Shown here piece by piece: positions 45,655-59,848 of a DNA stretch of 64,000 bases (position 1 is the stretch's first letter; the number at the start of each line of letters is the position of its first letter). A model generated the notes under the pieces. It was not told where the DNA came from, did not search any database, and saw nothing but the letters and a program-made list of their open reading frames with translations. The stretch is from Octopus vulgaris (lineage: Eukaryota): positions 30,132,001 to 30,196,000 of the forward strand of contig OX597832.1 in assembly GCA_951406725.2 (NCBI GenBank), in the 5' to 3' direction. A program made the position numbers and the translations under genes.

Positions 45655-46235
45655 TAGTGACTGTAAGGGGAGTCATGATATTGTTAATGTGAGGGGTGAT
45701 GGTGATTGTAAGCGGAGTGTTGGTATTGTTGTGCGATGGTGATTGTAAACGGAGTGTTGATATTGTTGTGGTGATGACAGTAAGCGGAGTGTTGATATTG
45801 CTATGTGGTGGTGATTGTAAACGGAGTGGTGACATTGCTGTTGTGTGATGCTGATTGTAAGCGGAGAATTGATAGTTGTGAGATGGTGTCTGTAAACGGT
45901 GTTTGGCATTGTGTAATGGTGACAGTAAGCGGAGTGCTGATATTGTTGTTGTGCGATGTTGATTGTAAGCAGAGTGTTGATGCTGTTGTGAGATGGTGAC
46001 TGTAAGCGGAGTGTTGATATTGTTGTCGTGTGATGTTGATTGTAAGCAGAGCGTTAATGCTGTTGTGAGATAGTGACTGTAAGCGGAGTGTCGATATTAT
46101 TGTGACGGTGATTGTAAACGGAGTGTTGACGTTGTTGTGTGATGGTGAATGTAAGCGGAGTATTGATAGTGTTGTAAGATGGTGACAGTAAACGGAGTGT
46201 TGATATTGTTGTATGACAGTGACTGTAAGCGGAGT
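45655..46235. repeat. ~37-bp degenerate minisatellite (gtgattgtaagcggagtgttgatattgttgtgcgatg)
   Basis: About 15 tandem units with a conserved tgtaa(g/a)cggagt core. Confidence 0.9.
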
Positions 46236-46670
46236 CTCCAAACCACTCACAACCAGAAATCTGTTGACAGTTTCACCCTAAAGCTTTGATTAATTGGTTA
46301 AATATTCATCAGGAACTGTGTTAGGGTGGCGGAGGGGCGGCGGGTTCAAGTGGTGTGAACGGCGGCGGCGGCGGCGGTTGTGGCGGCAGCTGTAATGGCG
46401 GAGCTGCTGGGGGCAGCGGCGACGGCGCTGGTTGCAGTGATTGTGTGAGGGAAGGTGGGGAAGGGAGAGAGAGAGAGTTGTGTGTGAGGGGAAAGAAAGG
46501 GGGGGGGAAAATAAAGAAAGTGTAGCGAGGGGGACAGGGAAGAAGGAGTGAAGGGAAGAGGGAAAAGAGAGGCGGTGGAGGGTAAGTATATGAATGTATA
46601 CAGGGGAAAACGGACAGGGAGGGGGTGAGAAGATAAACGTGTGTATTTGAGTATATCATATATATACACA

Positions 46671-46707
<37 letters not shown>

Positions 46708-47110
46708 TTGCACATATCTATGCGCATACATATGGACACGCATATGCATACACGTATGTATATCTATGTATATACATACGTATATACATATCTATCTATC
46801 TATATATATATACACACATACACACACACATATATATATATGTATGTATGTATAGATGTGCATAGATATGTGTACAAATATGTACAAATATATGTATGTT
46901 TGTGTATTTGTGTATATATATATGTATATATATATTAGAGAGAGAGAGAGATGCAAAGACAAAGAGACAGTCATGGATGTTTGGTTCAAAAGTTCGCTCT
47001 CCAATCAAACTGTTCCAAATTTGATTCCACTAAATGGTAAAACAGTTCCAAATGTTAAAGAGTTCTTTAGACCTGGTGGGGGTCTGTTAATTTTGGGCCA
47101 CAGAGTTATG

Positions 47111-47172
47111 CTACCCCACCTCACATTAATCTACCCCACCTCACATTAATCTACCCCACCTCACATTAATCT
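47111..47172. repeat. 20-bp tandem repeat x3 (ctaccccacctcacattaat)
   Basis: Seen directly. Confidence 0.9.
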
Positions 47173-47669
47173 GCCACCCCTAATTTCGCGAAATCCTTTA
47201 ACTCTAAATTTCGTTTTTGGATTTGGTTTGCAAGATTCTTTATATGAGTTCATGTGTTGAAGCATATTCTGTTATGTCTGAGGAGAGTCATTTTCTTTTT
47301 GTGCCTTATTATTTAACACACTCACCGGTAAAATTGCCACTTATTCCTTATTTTTATTTTCCTAAAATTTTCGTTGCGTTTTGCAACCTTTTCAAGGAGT
47401 CTTGATTCTAAACTTATTGGTTTATTAATATTAGCTGCCGTCAATAAATGGGTTCAACCGAAACTAGAATGTGTGTGTGTGTGTGTGTATGTATGTATAG
47501 GCATGTGTGGTAAGAAGCTTGCATCCTAATCACATGATTCCGAGTTCAGTCCCACTGCGTGGCACCTTTGCGCACCATACTGCGGGCTGACCAAAGCTTT
47601 ATGAGTGGGTTTGGTAGAAAGAAACTGAAAGAAGCTCGTCGTATATATATATATATATATATATATAAT

Positions 47670-48180
47670 CAGATGAATATGCTACTTGAGTTGAGGCACC
47701 AGAATTTAGCACGGTATTATCCATACAATTTCAAAATAAGGTGATTAAAATTCAAATAAGCAACAAGGATATCCAGAGGTAATGCAGTACGATCGTTTCA
47801 TGCAACTCCATTTAATTGAATAATGCAACCATTTCATCAATTTAAATGCAGAGCAATCTTCAGCTGCATAAGGATATAGAATTAAATTAAATTAAAACAG
47901 ATGGACACACTAGTATAATGCAGCCTTCGCTTCAGCTTAGAAGCTTCTAAGCTGAAGTGAAGGCAGCATGTTCTTTGTCTATCTCCCTAACTTCTTGGAG
48001 ATGTTAAGTAAACTTATACTAATGTGTCCATCTGTTTTGATTTAATTAATTTCTATGTCTTTTTGAAGCTGAGGGTTGCTTTGCATTTAAATTGATGAAA
48101 TGGTTACATTGTTCAATAAAATGGAGCTGCATGAAACGATCGTACTGCATTACCTCTGGATATCCTTGTTGCTTATTTTG

Positions 48181-48181
<1 letters not shown>
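47670..48181. mobile_element. Foldback element (~170-bp inverted arms plus central hairpin) inserted in the internal microsatellite of a SINE
   Basis: 47752-47919 is inverted relative to 48014-48181. Central hairpin gccttcgcttcagcttagaag/cttctaagctgaagtgaaggc. The arms carry a hammerhead. Confidence 0.75.
47782..47869 (-). ncRNA. Type I hammerhead ribozyme with extended stem II
   Basis: Minus strand reads ATGCAG-CTGAAGA-[57-nt hairpin: TGC/GCA, CTC/GAG, CATTTA/TAAATG, ATTGA/TCAAT]-GAA-ACGATCGT-A-CTGCAT, with a 6-bp stem I and palindromic stem III. A decayed twin (core CTGAGGG) lies on + at ~48063-48150. Confidence 0.8.
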
Positions 48182-48268
<87 letters not shown>

Positions 48269-48511
48269 ATATATATGTATATATTTGTGTGTGTGTCTGT
48301 GTTTGTCCCCCCACCATCGCTTGACAACCGATGTTGGCGTGTTTACGTCCCCGTAACTTAGCGGTTAGACAAAAAGAGACCGATAGAATAAGTACTAGGC
48401 TTACAAAGAATAAGTCCTGGTTGTCGATTTGTTCGACTAAAGGCAGTACTCCAGCAAGGCCGCAGTCAAATGACTGAAACAAGTAAAAGAGTAAAAGGTA
48501 AAAGCACACAC

Positions 48512-48571
<60 letters not shown>

Positions 48572-48747
48572 TTAATATATATATATTGCTAAATTGAGAT
48601 TTTCATTTCAAAGTGAGTCTAAGAATAACAAGTCATTTACTGAATTCAAATTCATGTTGACTGGGACTTCAAATTTTGTTTGACGGATTATTAACACCAG
48701 ATTGGTCGAATGAACTGTCAAGCGAAACAAAGATTCAGTCCACAGGT

Positions 48748-48850
<103 letters not shown>

Positions 48851-49601
48851 TGAGAGAGTGATGGGGTCAAAGCATTTATAGGTCAACCAAAACAGATCTT
48901 GCCTGCAATTTTCGTACGCAAGACCACATTTAAATTGTTTTCAAGTCTCAATCCAGACAAATGTTCAGGACTTGTACTTTAAGCCAAATATAATTCTCGT
49001 AATTCCATCACACCAAACTAAGAGTTATTCCTCGCAAACATTCTGAAATAAACGCCTACTTCAGAAATTATATATCAAGTTTTGCTTTGAATAAAGCATG
49101 TATTTATTCAAAGAGAATACGCATGCGCACAACAAATAGCGGGGTAAAAATCCAATATGGGGGCGGAGAAACATAGATGTTTGCGGTTTCTAGCGCTGAT
49201 TTTGGTGTGATTAGAAAAATATGTTTCTCAAATGCCTGACTCATCTCCGGAAAAGTTCTGTGGCAAATTAATAGATTCGTTAAAAAATATATAAACTATT
49301 TTTCACGCGAAATCGCTTTTTTTCCTCTCTTCTTGCTTTGCTTTTCTTTATCGTTTCGCCCATATATTATTAGGTGGTGGGTTAGAAAGATAATATTTTA
49401 GTTTGACAAAGTGACACAGAGATATGTCATTAAAATGATAAAATACCATGGTGATATCTTCTTGCTAATATTGTCTTTTTAGACGACGATATACTGCCAT
49501 GGTGATATATTCTGGTAATCAATATTTGTTTAGTCAATAGCTAATGGCTATAATATGTCAGAGAAATATCTGACTGGAGTGATATCATCTAGTTAGGATG
49601 A

Positions 49602-49875
49602 TATCTTCCATGAAGAATGGGACCAGAACTGAGTGGGTGGCCAGGCAGTAAGAGAGACGTCGCGGTTTCAAATAGCAACAGTCTCTCTGTTACTTAGAGT
49701 GGAAAAAAAAAACTATTTTTATTGTTTGAGTTAATGAGGGATCTTCCATGAAGAATGGGACCACGTGGGTGGCCAGGCAGTAAGAGAAACGTTCCGGTTT
49801 CAAATAGCAGCGGTCTCTCTGTTACTTAGAGTTGGATAAAAAAAGGACTAATTTTATTGTTTGAGTTAATGAGGG
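49602..49875. repeat. Diverged tandem duplication, ~139 bp
   Basis: atcttccatgaagaatgggacca...gagttaatgaggg occurs twice. Confidence 0.85.
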
Positions 49876-50384
49876 AAGGTCACCGCATTGGCCCCTTTTC
49901 TTAGCCCCTTCCTAACCGAGACACGAAACACAGTCAGTGAGAATGAAAGAAAAACTTAACAGTTGTAAAACATTGATAATAGCAACTGTGGTGGCGAGAG
50001 CAGCGGCGGTGGTGATGGCGATGGTAGTGGTGGTGGTGGTAGTGGTGGTGGTGGTGGTGGTGGTGGTGGTGGTGGTGGTGGCGGTGGTGAAGTTTATGGC
50101 CACGACGTCAACGATGACGATGTCCTTTTTTAAAGATATATTAGGAAGAAACCCTCGTTCATCAGTGAGATATTTGATGTAATTAACCTAGACATATGGA
50201 ATTAAATATATCAAGCGATGGTTATGTAAGTAAATGAAAACTGGTTGAGTGGACCTTCATCTTGGAATGACAAAAATATTTAAATATATATTTATGGAAA
50301 ATACACCGTCACCAAATACAACAACAACAACATAATAAATGTTCCCTCCAATTCTTATCCAAATAAATATCAAATATATTTATT

Positions 50385-50427
<43 letters not shown>

Positions 50428-51631
50428 AGCGCGCGCATACATCTGCATGTGTGAATGCATGGCTCTCCCTTCGCTCACATATACATACATATATACATAC
50501 ATAGATACATAAATATGAAGGTGACATCACAAGAAATTAGAGTGACTATAACCTTTGGCAATATTGTTTGCCTTTATTAATGCAATCTATTCCATGTTTA
50601 TTTAAGAAAAAAGACAATTTATCTTGCTTGAATTAAAAAAAAATAATCGTATAACTTTGACAGTTAAGAGCGGCCATGTTCTCCGATTTTTTCTCTCTTC
50701 TACCCTCGCTATCTAACTTCGCTCTCATTATTCAACCAACCTGAGTCAGACGATACATCTCAACAAATATATTTCACTGGCGTCTTAGGTTCATCCAAAT
50801 AAGATAAGAAATTTGCTGTCTATATTCAGAAAGATGACGCCGATTTACGTCTACATTCAGAAAAATTATGCCAAAACAACGAAAAATTCAAACACAGCCC
50901 CATGCAAATGATTTCTCTCACTGTACTAACAATATTCCCGGGACAAAAAAAGAAGAGAGAGATGGGGAGGAGAGAGAAAGAGCTATGAAAAGAAATAGAA
51001 AATGTTCGTTTGTTTGCTTTATTATCTCACATTTACACTCTTTCCCCCTTCTTCTCTCTTCCAAATTAGCTTTGTTTTCTTGTTCTATTGACTTTGGTTA
51101 GATCAATGTGGATAGTTTTGGCTTTCAATTAGTCTAAATAAATGGTACAAGCCAGACCTTAATAAACGATTATTTACACCAATGTTGACGGATCAGACTG
51201 GTCGCTGTGGCATTGTATAGAGTTGATATGATTTATTGCAGGATTCAAATATTTACCATGCCTCTGCTTCGAACTGGTGTGGGCCAGCAGCCTTCTCTCT
51301 CTCTCTCGAAAAACTTGCTACTCTTGCGAAACACCTGACCTTTAACTTTGTGTTTATTGGACGTCAGACCAAACGACAAGATAGTTGCCAGTCAAGAATT
51401 CAAGCAAGATTCCACCATAACAATCAATCAAGCGAAATAAACAGTACATTTTCGGAGCTGATTAAAGCTCTTGTTTATTTTCGTAGCGTCACAACTTGCT
51501 CTGACTTCCCTTTTCCAATTTGAACTTTGAATTATCAGAAAATATAACTTTGATTTAATCTAATCAATCTTCTTCAAAACCAAATTGCAACATCCACTTC
51601 ATCACTTCATTGCGTTAGATTTGTCTACGTT

Positions 51632-51699
<68 letters not shown>

Positions 51700-51741
51700 T
51701 ATATAATACACACACACATATATATAATACATACATATATA

Positions 51742-51782
<41 letters not shown>

Positions 51783-52049
51783 GTATATATAGAGAGAGCG
51801 AGAGAGGGGGTGCAGGCATCTACATGTTTATCTAAATAGATGCATGAATACCATACAGTGCACATAACTCAACTAGATACATAAAATGGGGGTGGGGGAT
51901 ATTGATATAACAGTACACATGTGCATGAGTGGGTGGGCGTGGGTGTATACTATATATATACATGTATGTATATTTCCATGCCTGTCTAAATGTCTACATT
52001 GTTTGTATTGCTATAGATAGATGCTTTAAAAATACAATAAATACATATA

Positions 52050-52141
<92 letters not shown>

Positions 52142-52202
52142 CGAATGCATTTATAAACGAATATTTTAACGCAGATCTATGATTTATACACGCATACATA
52201 CG

Positions 52203-52257
<55 letters not shown>

Positions 52258-52740
52258 TATGTATGTATATATACACGCACGCACATACACATGAAATGAC
52301 ACTTCCAACAATGTCTCTGCCTCTCTGTGTGTGTGTGTGCGTGTGTGTAAACGTATATAGTATTTATGTGCAATTATATTTGTGTGTCAACGTAGGTATC
52401 TTAAGTGGATATTCACATTTTTTCCTAATTCCTATGTACGCATACACACATATATGCAAAAACATACACACACACATGTAGACAGACATATAATACACAC
52501 ACACACACACACACACATATGCTAAGATGTGTGTGTGTGTGGATGTATGTATATAATTTAATTTTCTATTCCTGATATATTATTTACAAATACGTACGTT
52601 GATAGAAATATTTCAATATATATGTGTGGCTAGAGTCGGCTATTAAGTTAGCGGGATAAGTATGTATAGAGGGGAACATACAATACATACATACACACAC
52701 ATACATAAATATATATATATACATATGTATTTATGAATGC

Positions 52741-53173
<433 letters not shown>

Positions 53174-53292
53174 GTATATATATATGTACCGGAGTAAACA
53201 CATAAATGTGAAACAAGGTGGAAAAAAGACTACTCAAATACCAGTGGTAGAGTAATATGCTTTATTTAAAGCAGCAGAAAATTCCACAAAAC

Positions 53293-53330
53293 CTGTTACT
53301 CTGAGTTTCACGTTGCCGTTTGTCGGACAG
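53293..53330 (-). ncRNA. Decayed hammerhead-like motif, same family as 14560-14597
   Basis: Minus strand CTGT-CCGACAA-ACG(GCAA)CGT-GAA-ACTC(A)GAGT-A-ACAG. The GNRA loop is retained but G8 is lost. Confidence 0.55.
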
Positions 53331-54002
53331 TTTTTGCTAGAAATATGAAAGAATTGATGGAAATATTTCAATATATATATTTCCATCAATTCTTTCATAT
53401 TTGCAAATCCTTTGACTGAGTAAGGTTTACGTAATGGATGCATTTCCTATTACCTATTACGCAAATCTGAAACACACATATTAAACGACTTCACTATTCG
53501 GTTTAACTTCATTATTAAAACGTATGCAGGTTCAATGCCATTACAAACTAGACGCTCTCAACGCCATTTATACGGATATTCTAACAACGATTTGGAGGAG
53601 TCTGTTATATTTGAGTGGAGTCGAAGATTCTGGTACCATGCACTGCTTCTTAGCCTAATAATAAATCATACTTAGCGGCATTTCGTCCGTTTTTACCTTC
53701 GAAGTTCCGCCGCGGTCGATTTTTGCCTTTCATCGTTTCGGGGCCGATGAAATAAGTACCAGTTGAGTACTGGGGTCGATGTTATCGACTATTATTCCCT
53801 CCACACACACAATTTCAAATCCTTGAGTCTGTAGTAGAAAGGATTATTATCAGAAGTAGCGTACAATGCGTATTATCATTTGGATTATCACATTAATTCA
53901 GTAATGGTGTTTAAAATTATTCGCTTCACAGATTTATTTGTAGACTCGGATGTGTTACACTTACTCCACTTTACTTCCACACACAGACATACGTATACAG
54001 AC

Positions 54003-54520
54003 CTTGCTTCAACATAAATGAATGCAAACAACAGATGAAATGTTTTCGTTGTTTCTTTTCTTTCTTTTTGTTTTTTGAGAGAAAGAGAGGGAGAGAAAGA
54101 GAGAGAGAGTGAGAGACGGACAGAAAGTTGTATGTACCCTGTCTCAATTATATGCTTTCGATTTTTAGCATTGAATGCTCTGGCTTATGCCCCCAGAAAT
54201 CGTCTGTGTGTGTGTGTGTGTGCATATAAAAAGGATTGCGTATGTATACACAGAGACACGTACACACACACGTAGCGGTGTTTCCTGCATGAATGCCAGA
54301 CACGCCATGCTTGCTTCAACATAAATGAATGCAAACAACAGATGAAATGTTTTCGTTGTTTCTTTTCTTTCTTTTTGTTTTTTGAGAGAAAGAGAGGGAG
54401 AGAAAGAGAGAGAGAGTGAGAGACGGACAGAAAGTTGTATGTACCCTGTCTCAATTATATGCTTTCGATTTTTAGCATTGAATGCTCTGGCTTATGCCCC
54501 CAGAAATCGTCTGTGTGTGT
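54003..54520. repeat. Local direct duplication, 211 bp, period 307
   Basis: 54003-54213 appears identical to 54310-54520. Confidence 0.9.
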
Positions 54521-55153
54521 TTCTGTGTGTTTGTAAAACGGCATAATATTGGTTAAAAGAAAGGATGGTTTTACAGGAATCGAACCAAGAATTTATCACT
54601 TACCAAGCAAGCGTGCTACCGATAACACCAAGTGTACTCTGAAGGAATTTTACTGTCAAAATAAGAAATATAAATGTCTTTTTTTCCCTCTATATAAGTT
54701 TAATTATTTAGTTTTCTCTCAAGTGAACTAATGTCTGTGAATTAATATTTAACCAACAGCAGAGATGCTAGTCAACCCGTGGAATTCTCCTCCATCTCAC
54801 TGCGGGATTGGTCACAGTAGATGCGTGGTTCGAATCCTCCAAGTAGCTTTCCATCTTTTTTCCTTTCCAAGGGAGTTTTAAAGCTGTGTATATTAAACTA
54901 TTATTTATGACTGGATTGATTTTTTGAGATCCCTGCCTTAATAGAAGACTTATTTACACATTTACTATGTATTCGATATATATTGTTTTCTTTTAATAAG
55001 TCTATGAAGAAATTTTCTCTCAAACATTATCTTTCAAATGTGTATATAACGTTAAGTATGATACACAGGTGGCTGTTTTTATTTAATGCTGTTTAAAATT
55101 GTTCCAGTTTGAAAAATAAATGATATTGATCTGTTGTTATTTTCAATAATTTT

Positions 55154-55230
<77 letters not shown>

Positions 55231-55234
<4 letters not shown>

Positions 55235-55400
55235 GTAAATGTAATATGTGACAATTATTCGGTAGCCATGATAAAACTCCGAGTTTCGGATGCCGAGGTG
55301 GAAATGGCCGGATAACTGATGAGATGGCAGCGTGAGTTTCCACCTCGGCATCCGAAACTCGGAGTTTTATCATGGCTACCGAATAATTGTCACATATTAT
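55231..55400. mobile_element. Hammerhead-bearing foldback element, same family as 52838-53130
   Basis: Perfect ~63-bp inverted arms taatatgtgac...ggtggaaa / tttccacc...gtcacatatta. Confidence 0.75.
55311..55371 (+). ncRNA. Type I hammerhead ribozyme (sense strand, inside Shox intron)
   Basis: GATAA-CTGATGA-GATG...CATC-C-GAA-ACTC(G)GAGT-T-TTATC: 5-bp stem I, canonical core, near-palindromic stem III. Confidence 0.75.
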
Positions 55401-55951
55401 AAGCCAGGGATCATTCTTAAATAATTTTCAGTTCCTTTTTTTGGTCATTCTAAACGCTCCTACAACCGTTGCTATTGTAACCGTCTTCAGATGCCACATC
55501 TTTTCGATTTCGATTAGCAAATCTTTATATTTTCTGAGCTTAGGGCTATGCAGAAAATTAAAGGTGAAAGTGAGCTACCTTGGAAAATGCATTATTATTA
55601 TTATTATCACCACCACCATCATCATCATCATCATCATTATCATCAGCAGCAGCAGCTGGCAGAAACGTTAGCGCGCTGGGCAAAATGCTTAGCGGTATTT
55701 CGTCTGCCGTTACGTTTCTGAGTTCAAATTCCGCCGAGGTCGACTTAGCCTTTCATCCTTTCGGGGTCGATAAATAAAGTACCAGTTACGCACTGGGGTC
55801 GATGCATTCGACTTAATCACTTTGTCTTTGTTTGGCTCCTCTATGTTTAGCCCCTTGTGGGCAATAAAGAAATAAATTATTATTATCATTATTATTATTA
55901 TTATTATTATCACCACCACCACCACCACCATCATCATCATTATCATCATCG

Positions 55952-56019
<68 letters not shown>

Positions 56020-57297
56020 TCCTCTTAATTCTATGATATTACGCTTATTTTAAAGACAGCCGAACATCATAAAGCCATATCTGTGACCACAAACACCGCC
56101 CTAATGAAGCATTCACACCAAACCCGCTGACAGCTTCTACGATTTTTCATCTTAACTGTTTAGCTTCCCCCTTTTTTAACACGTCTCACAGAATCTGTCT
56201 CGCAGGGAAATCATTTACAGCCGGACAGTCTATCACTCCTCTCAGACAAGACACTCTTTCACGCGGTCTCCCTCGCTATTATAGTCCTTATGCTTTGATT
56301 CCCTGTTCTCCGTTCGACTTCAGCTTCTTCGTAGCCATCTTACTTGCCTTCCACCTAAACTGTTCTTCAGTAATAGCGAGTAATGACAAGGGCGATAATC
56401 AATGACATCTACGGTAGTTTATTGTAAAGATTTCGTTTGAAATGTTAATTTACTCTGTCTTCTATCTCGCTCAATTATTCTTAAATTCTTTTTTATTACA
56501 GGGATTTCTTTTCTGCCATTCCCTTATTTCTTCCCGCCTCCCACCGAAGGTTTTCGTTTGGTTTTCGCCAATGTTCAATCAGTCAAGTTATTGCTGTTTT
56601 TGTTGTTCTTTGGTTTTCTTTAAATGTTTCGCTACTCGTCAGTGTATCGCGGTAATCGACTAAGTATGAAGTAATTAACTGGCGCTGGAGAACTGGTCAG
56701 GCTTCGAACAAAATACGTCATGCTATTGATAAAAGGATTGACAAAAGCGAAGCACAAACAACGAGTTGTCAGCCCAAGTAGCAAGACAGATGGCGGATTA
56801 ACATTGGCAGAGCAAATAAATCTCGTCAGCTGAACTTTGAATATTGGTCAGTGTCAGGACCTTGATGTGAACAGCGAAAGAATTTTTTCTCGTTGTTTAA
56901 TGAATTAGACCGGCAGAAATTGGTTGAGATTAATTAGAAAATTTATTTTGTAATTTATCATTGTTGTAAACTGTTCTGCTTAGATTGATGTATTACTTTT
57001 CTGCTCGCAAACCCCGTCGCCAAGACATCGCTTCCGAAAGAAGTTTATTCCTCGGTTCTTTGATTCAATCATCTTTATGTATGGCGGACGATTGAGATAT
57101 ACAAAAATATGGATATACATGGACGTATTTTCCTAATCTGGACTGACAACATATTTTTTATGTACACATCTAATTATTTAGAAGTCTCCATCTCTCTCAC
57201 ACTTTCCTCCACTATATCTGTGCGTGTGTGTGTGTGTGTACACATACACTCGTATATATATATACATATATAAACATATATATATATACATATATAT

Positions 57298-57335
<38 letters not shown>

Positions 57336-57477
57336 CTACAAAATTAGAGAATGGAGAAACATACTTAAATCAATAAAGCATCAACCATCCGCATCAACCA
57401 TCAACCATCAACTATCTAGCAGTATATTGGATATATATTATCCCATGGTGGGTTGAATTTTCAACCCCTATCTCATT

Positions 57478-57538
<61 letters not shown>

Positions 57539-58288
57539 AATACATACATATACATACATACATATATAAAATATATACACACACAATACACACACCGTAC
57601 GTACACAATATCAAGAAAAAAGGAAAAAAGTTCTCGTGATAAGAGGCTTGCTTCCCAATCACATGGTTCTGGGTTCAGTCCCAACCACAAAGAAAAGAAT
57701 GTTCTCCCGAAAAATTCAGCAAAACACCAGAACATAAGCGGGTAAGACAAATGAAAATATACAAAATAAAGAATTAATCGTAGACCGGTTTCGCCATCAA
57801 CGACTTTACATACGTAACACCGAAACAAAAACCACAAGGTATCTAGTCCCGCAGTATCACTTCCTTCAATCCACCACCACCACCATCCCCGTCGCCGCCA
57901 CCACCGGGAATTAGTATTTGCTTTATTTATTCATTTATTTTTTTTATTCCAAAAGGATTAGAGGTAAATTTTACCTAAGCGGGATTAGAACTCACGACGC
58001 AGCGAGTCGCAACAAATAATGCCCTAACATTCACTTTGTGTGTGTGTCTGTGTGTGTGTGTGGGTGGGTGGGTGTGGGTGTGCTTAAAAAAGGTCAACCG
58101 AAAGACTGGAAAAATCGATAACGAAGTAATTGGTTTAATTAATCTCAAACTTTGCTATTGTTTTCTCTGTGTGAGCGTGAGAGAGGGAGAGAGAGAGAGA
58201 GAGAGAGAGAGTTACAAAATTCATTAGCGTCTAGGTATATCATGTAGGACGTCGGTAATGGCTTAGTACAAAGTGTCGCGCTTCATAC

Positions 58289-58368
58289 TTACCTGATGGT
58301 GGCGGGGTTTTGCCATGATGTAATCTAAGAAAGCATCAGTAAAATACTACCGAAACAGCTGTTGGGAA
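58289..58368 (+). ncRNA. Decayed hammerhead with long stem II
   Basis: CTGAT-GGTGG..GTTTTGC..TGATG..CATCA-GTAAAAT..CTACC-GAA-ACAGCTGT-T. Stem II pairs well, but the core lacks GA and stem I is poor. Confidence 0.4.
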
Positions 58369-58418
58369 TTTTGAACCCTACTAAATGTCTAGATGTTTTG
58401 CGTTCTTGTCCCATTTTG

Positions 58419-58451
<33 letters not shown>

Positions 58452-58512
58452 CAGAATGAGATAAAAAAAATCCAAGGCTGTGAATAGTTTTCAGAACATT
58501 TATAAAAAGAAA

Positions 58513-58560
58513 GTCTCACAGCTGTTTCCGGGATATTTTATACATCACTTCATCAGAGAC
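58513..58560 (-). ncRNA. Hammerhead motif, probably inactivated (GUG at cleavage site)
   Basis: Minus strand GTCT-CTGATGA-agtgatgtataaaatatcccg-GAA-ACAGCTGT-G-AGAC, in a (TA)n-flanked insert at ~58447-58765. Confidence 0.65.
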
Positions 58561-58762
58561 GATGCGAGAAAATGTTTAAGTAATAATTATTGTAGAGAAG
58601 ACATGAGATACAGAGGGAAGTGAAGGAGTGAAAATAGAATGGAGACGCGTAAGGATATAGTATTTGCAGCTCCATTATTTAAGCAGAATGGTGTATGTAT
58701 AAGTTTCCAGTACCTTGTGTGTGAGTTCTAATGGTGTTTATATTTGATCATTCTTGTAGTCT

Positions 58763-58809
<47 letters not shown>

Positions 58810-59026
58810 GCACACACGAAAGGAGCACCTTTCAATTTCTGTCTACGAAATCCATTAACAAAACTTTGGTCGGCCCGAGGCTATAGTTGAAGACAAGATG
58901 CCTAGCCGTGGGACTGAACTCGGAACCATGTGGTTGGGGAACGCCTATCTTTACAACTGTTATGATATGTCTTTTAATTTTTATGAATATTCCGTAACTG
59001 ATACATATTTTTTTTGTCTGTTTCAG

Positions 59027-59346
59027 CTGGATTACTCTTGCAATCTCCAGGAACTCCACTAGACACCTGTCGGGTAGCACCATTCTTCAACATGCCCCCA
59101 ATTCGAGAACCAATGGAAAGGTTTGCCATGCCACCTTTCCCCCCTTACTACCCCTACCACGCTGCTGCCGCGGCCGCCGCTGCTGCTTCTCAACACCCAC
59201 TTCATCCCATCTTCTTCTACCCGCACCATTACACTGCACTCAACTACGCCATGATACCAGACAGCAGCTTCAAAACAAACAAAAGTTCCAGTATTGCCGA
59301 TCTCAGGTTGAAAGCCAAGAAACACTTAGCAACGTTAGGACTATGA
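59027..59346 (+). CDS. SHOX: SHOX/Shox2-like homeobox gene, terminal coding exon with CRVAP motif, poly-Ala and OAR domain
   Basis: A polypyrimidine tract and tttcag acceptor give G|CT=Ala in frame with the upstream exon. The peptide GLLLQSPGTPLDTCRVAPFFNM...HAAAAAAAAS...KSSSIADLRLKAKKHLATLGL* matches the SHOX-family CRVAPY and SSIADLRLKAKKH (OAR) motifs. Stop TGA at 59344-59346. Confidence 0.95.
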
Positions 59347-59559
59347 ACTGACAATAACTGTACTTTCTCATTTCGTTTTTGTCTTCTCCCTTCGCCACCA
59401 CCACCACCACAACCACCACCACCACCACCACCACCACCACCAAATTGTTTTCGTTTCATTTTATATAAACACTGTTTGTTTGTTTGTTGTTTTTTTTTTT
59501 CACCCTAAACCTGTCTTCTGTAAACACCCAGTTATCATCATGGCGGCCAGTTTCCACTC

Positions 59560-59565
59560 AATAAA
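59560..59565 (+). promoter_or_regulatory. Candidate polyadenylation signal of the Shox gene
   Basis: First AATAAA seen about 215 bp after the stop codon. Further AATAAA occur downstream, so which one is used is unknown. Confidence 0.3.
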
Positions 59566-59751
59566 GGGCAGACAACTCATTCCGGCTCACCTGGAGCTTT
59601 TTTGCTGAGAATTCGTAACTTGAACAATGCAAACGACCTCACTTCTCTCACTCAGACAGCAGCGACAACAACTTTTATTGTACACACCACCACCACCACC
59701 AACAACAACAACAACCACAACACCAACACTAACGAGTCAATATATTAGTGC

Positions 59752-59848
<97 letters not shown>

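Larger units (their letters stand above)
47500..48497 (+). mobile_element. SINE family B split by a foldback hammerhead element
   Basis: 5' half at 47500-47645 and 3' half at 48265-48497, with the insert sitting in the internal (TA)n/(TG)n. Confidence 0.8.

Noticed and set aside
45655-46235. Regularly spaced ~37-bp repeats that look CRISPR-like
   Set aside because: Units are tandem with no unique spacers, there are no cas genes, and the context is eukaryotic. This is a minisatellite, as is 42236-42500.
54560-54850. tRNA-like A/B-box sequences (54560-54630 minus; ~54825-54840 plus)
   Set aside because: No complete cloverleaf can be built; these are more likely decayed SINE heads or pseudogenes.
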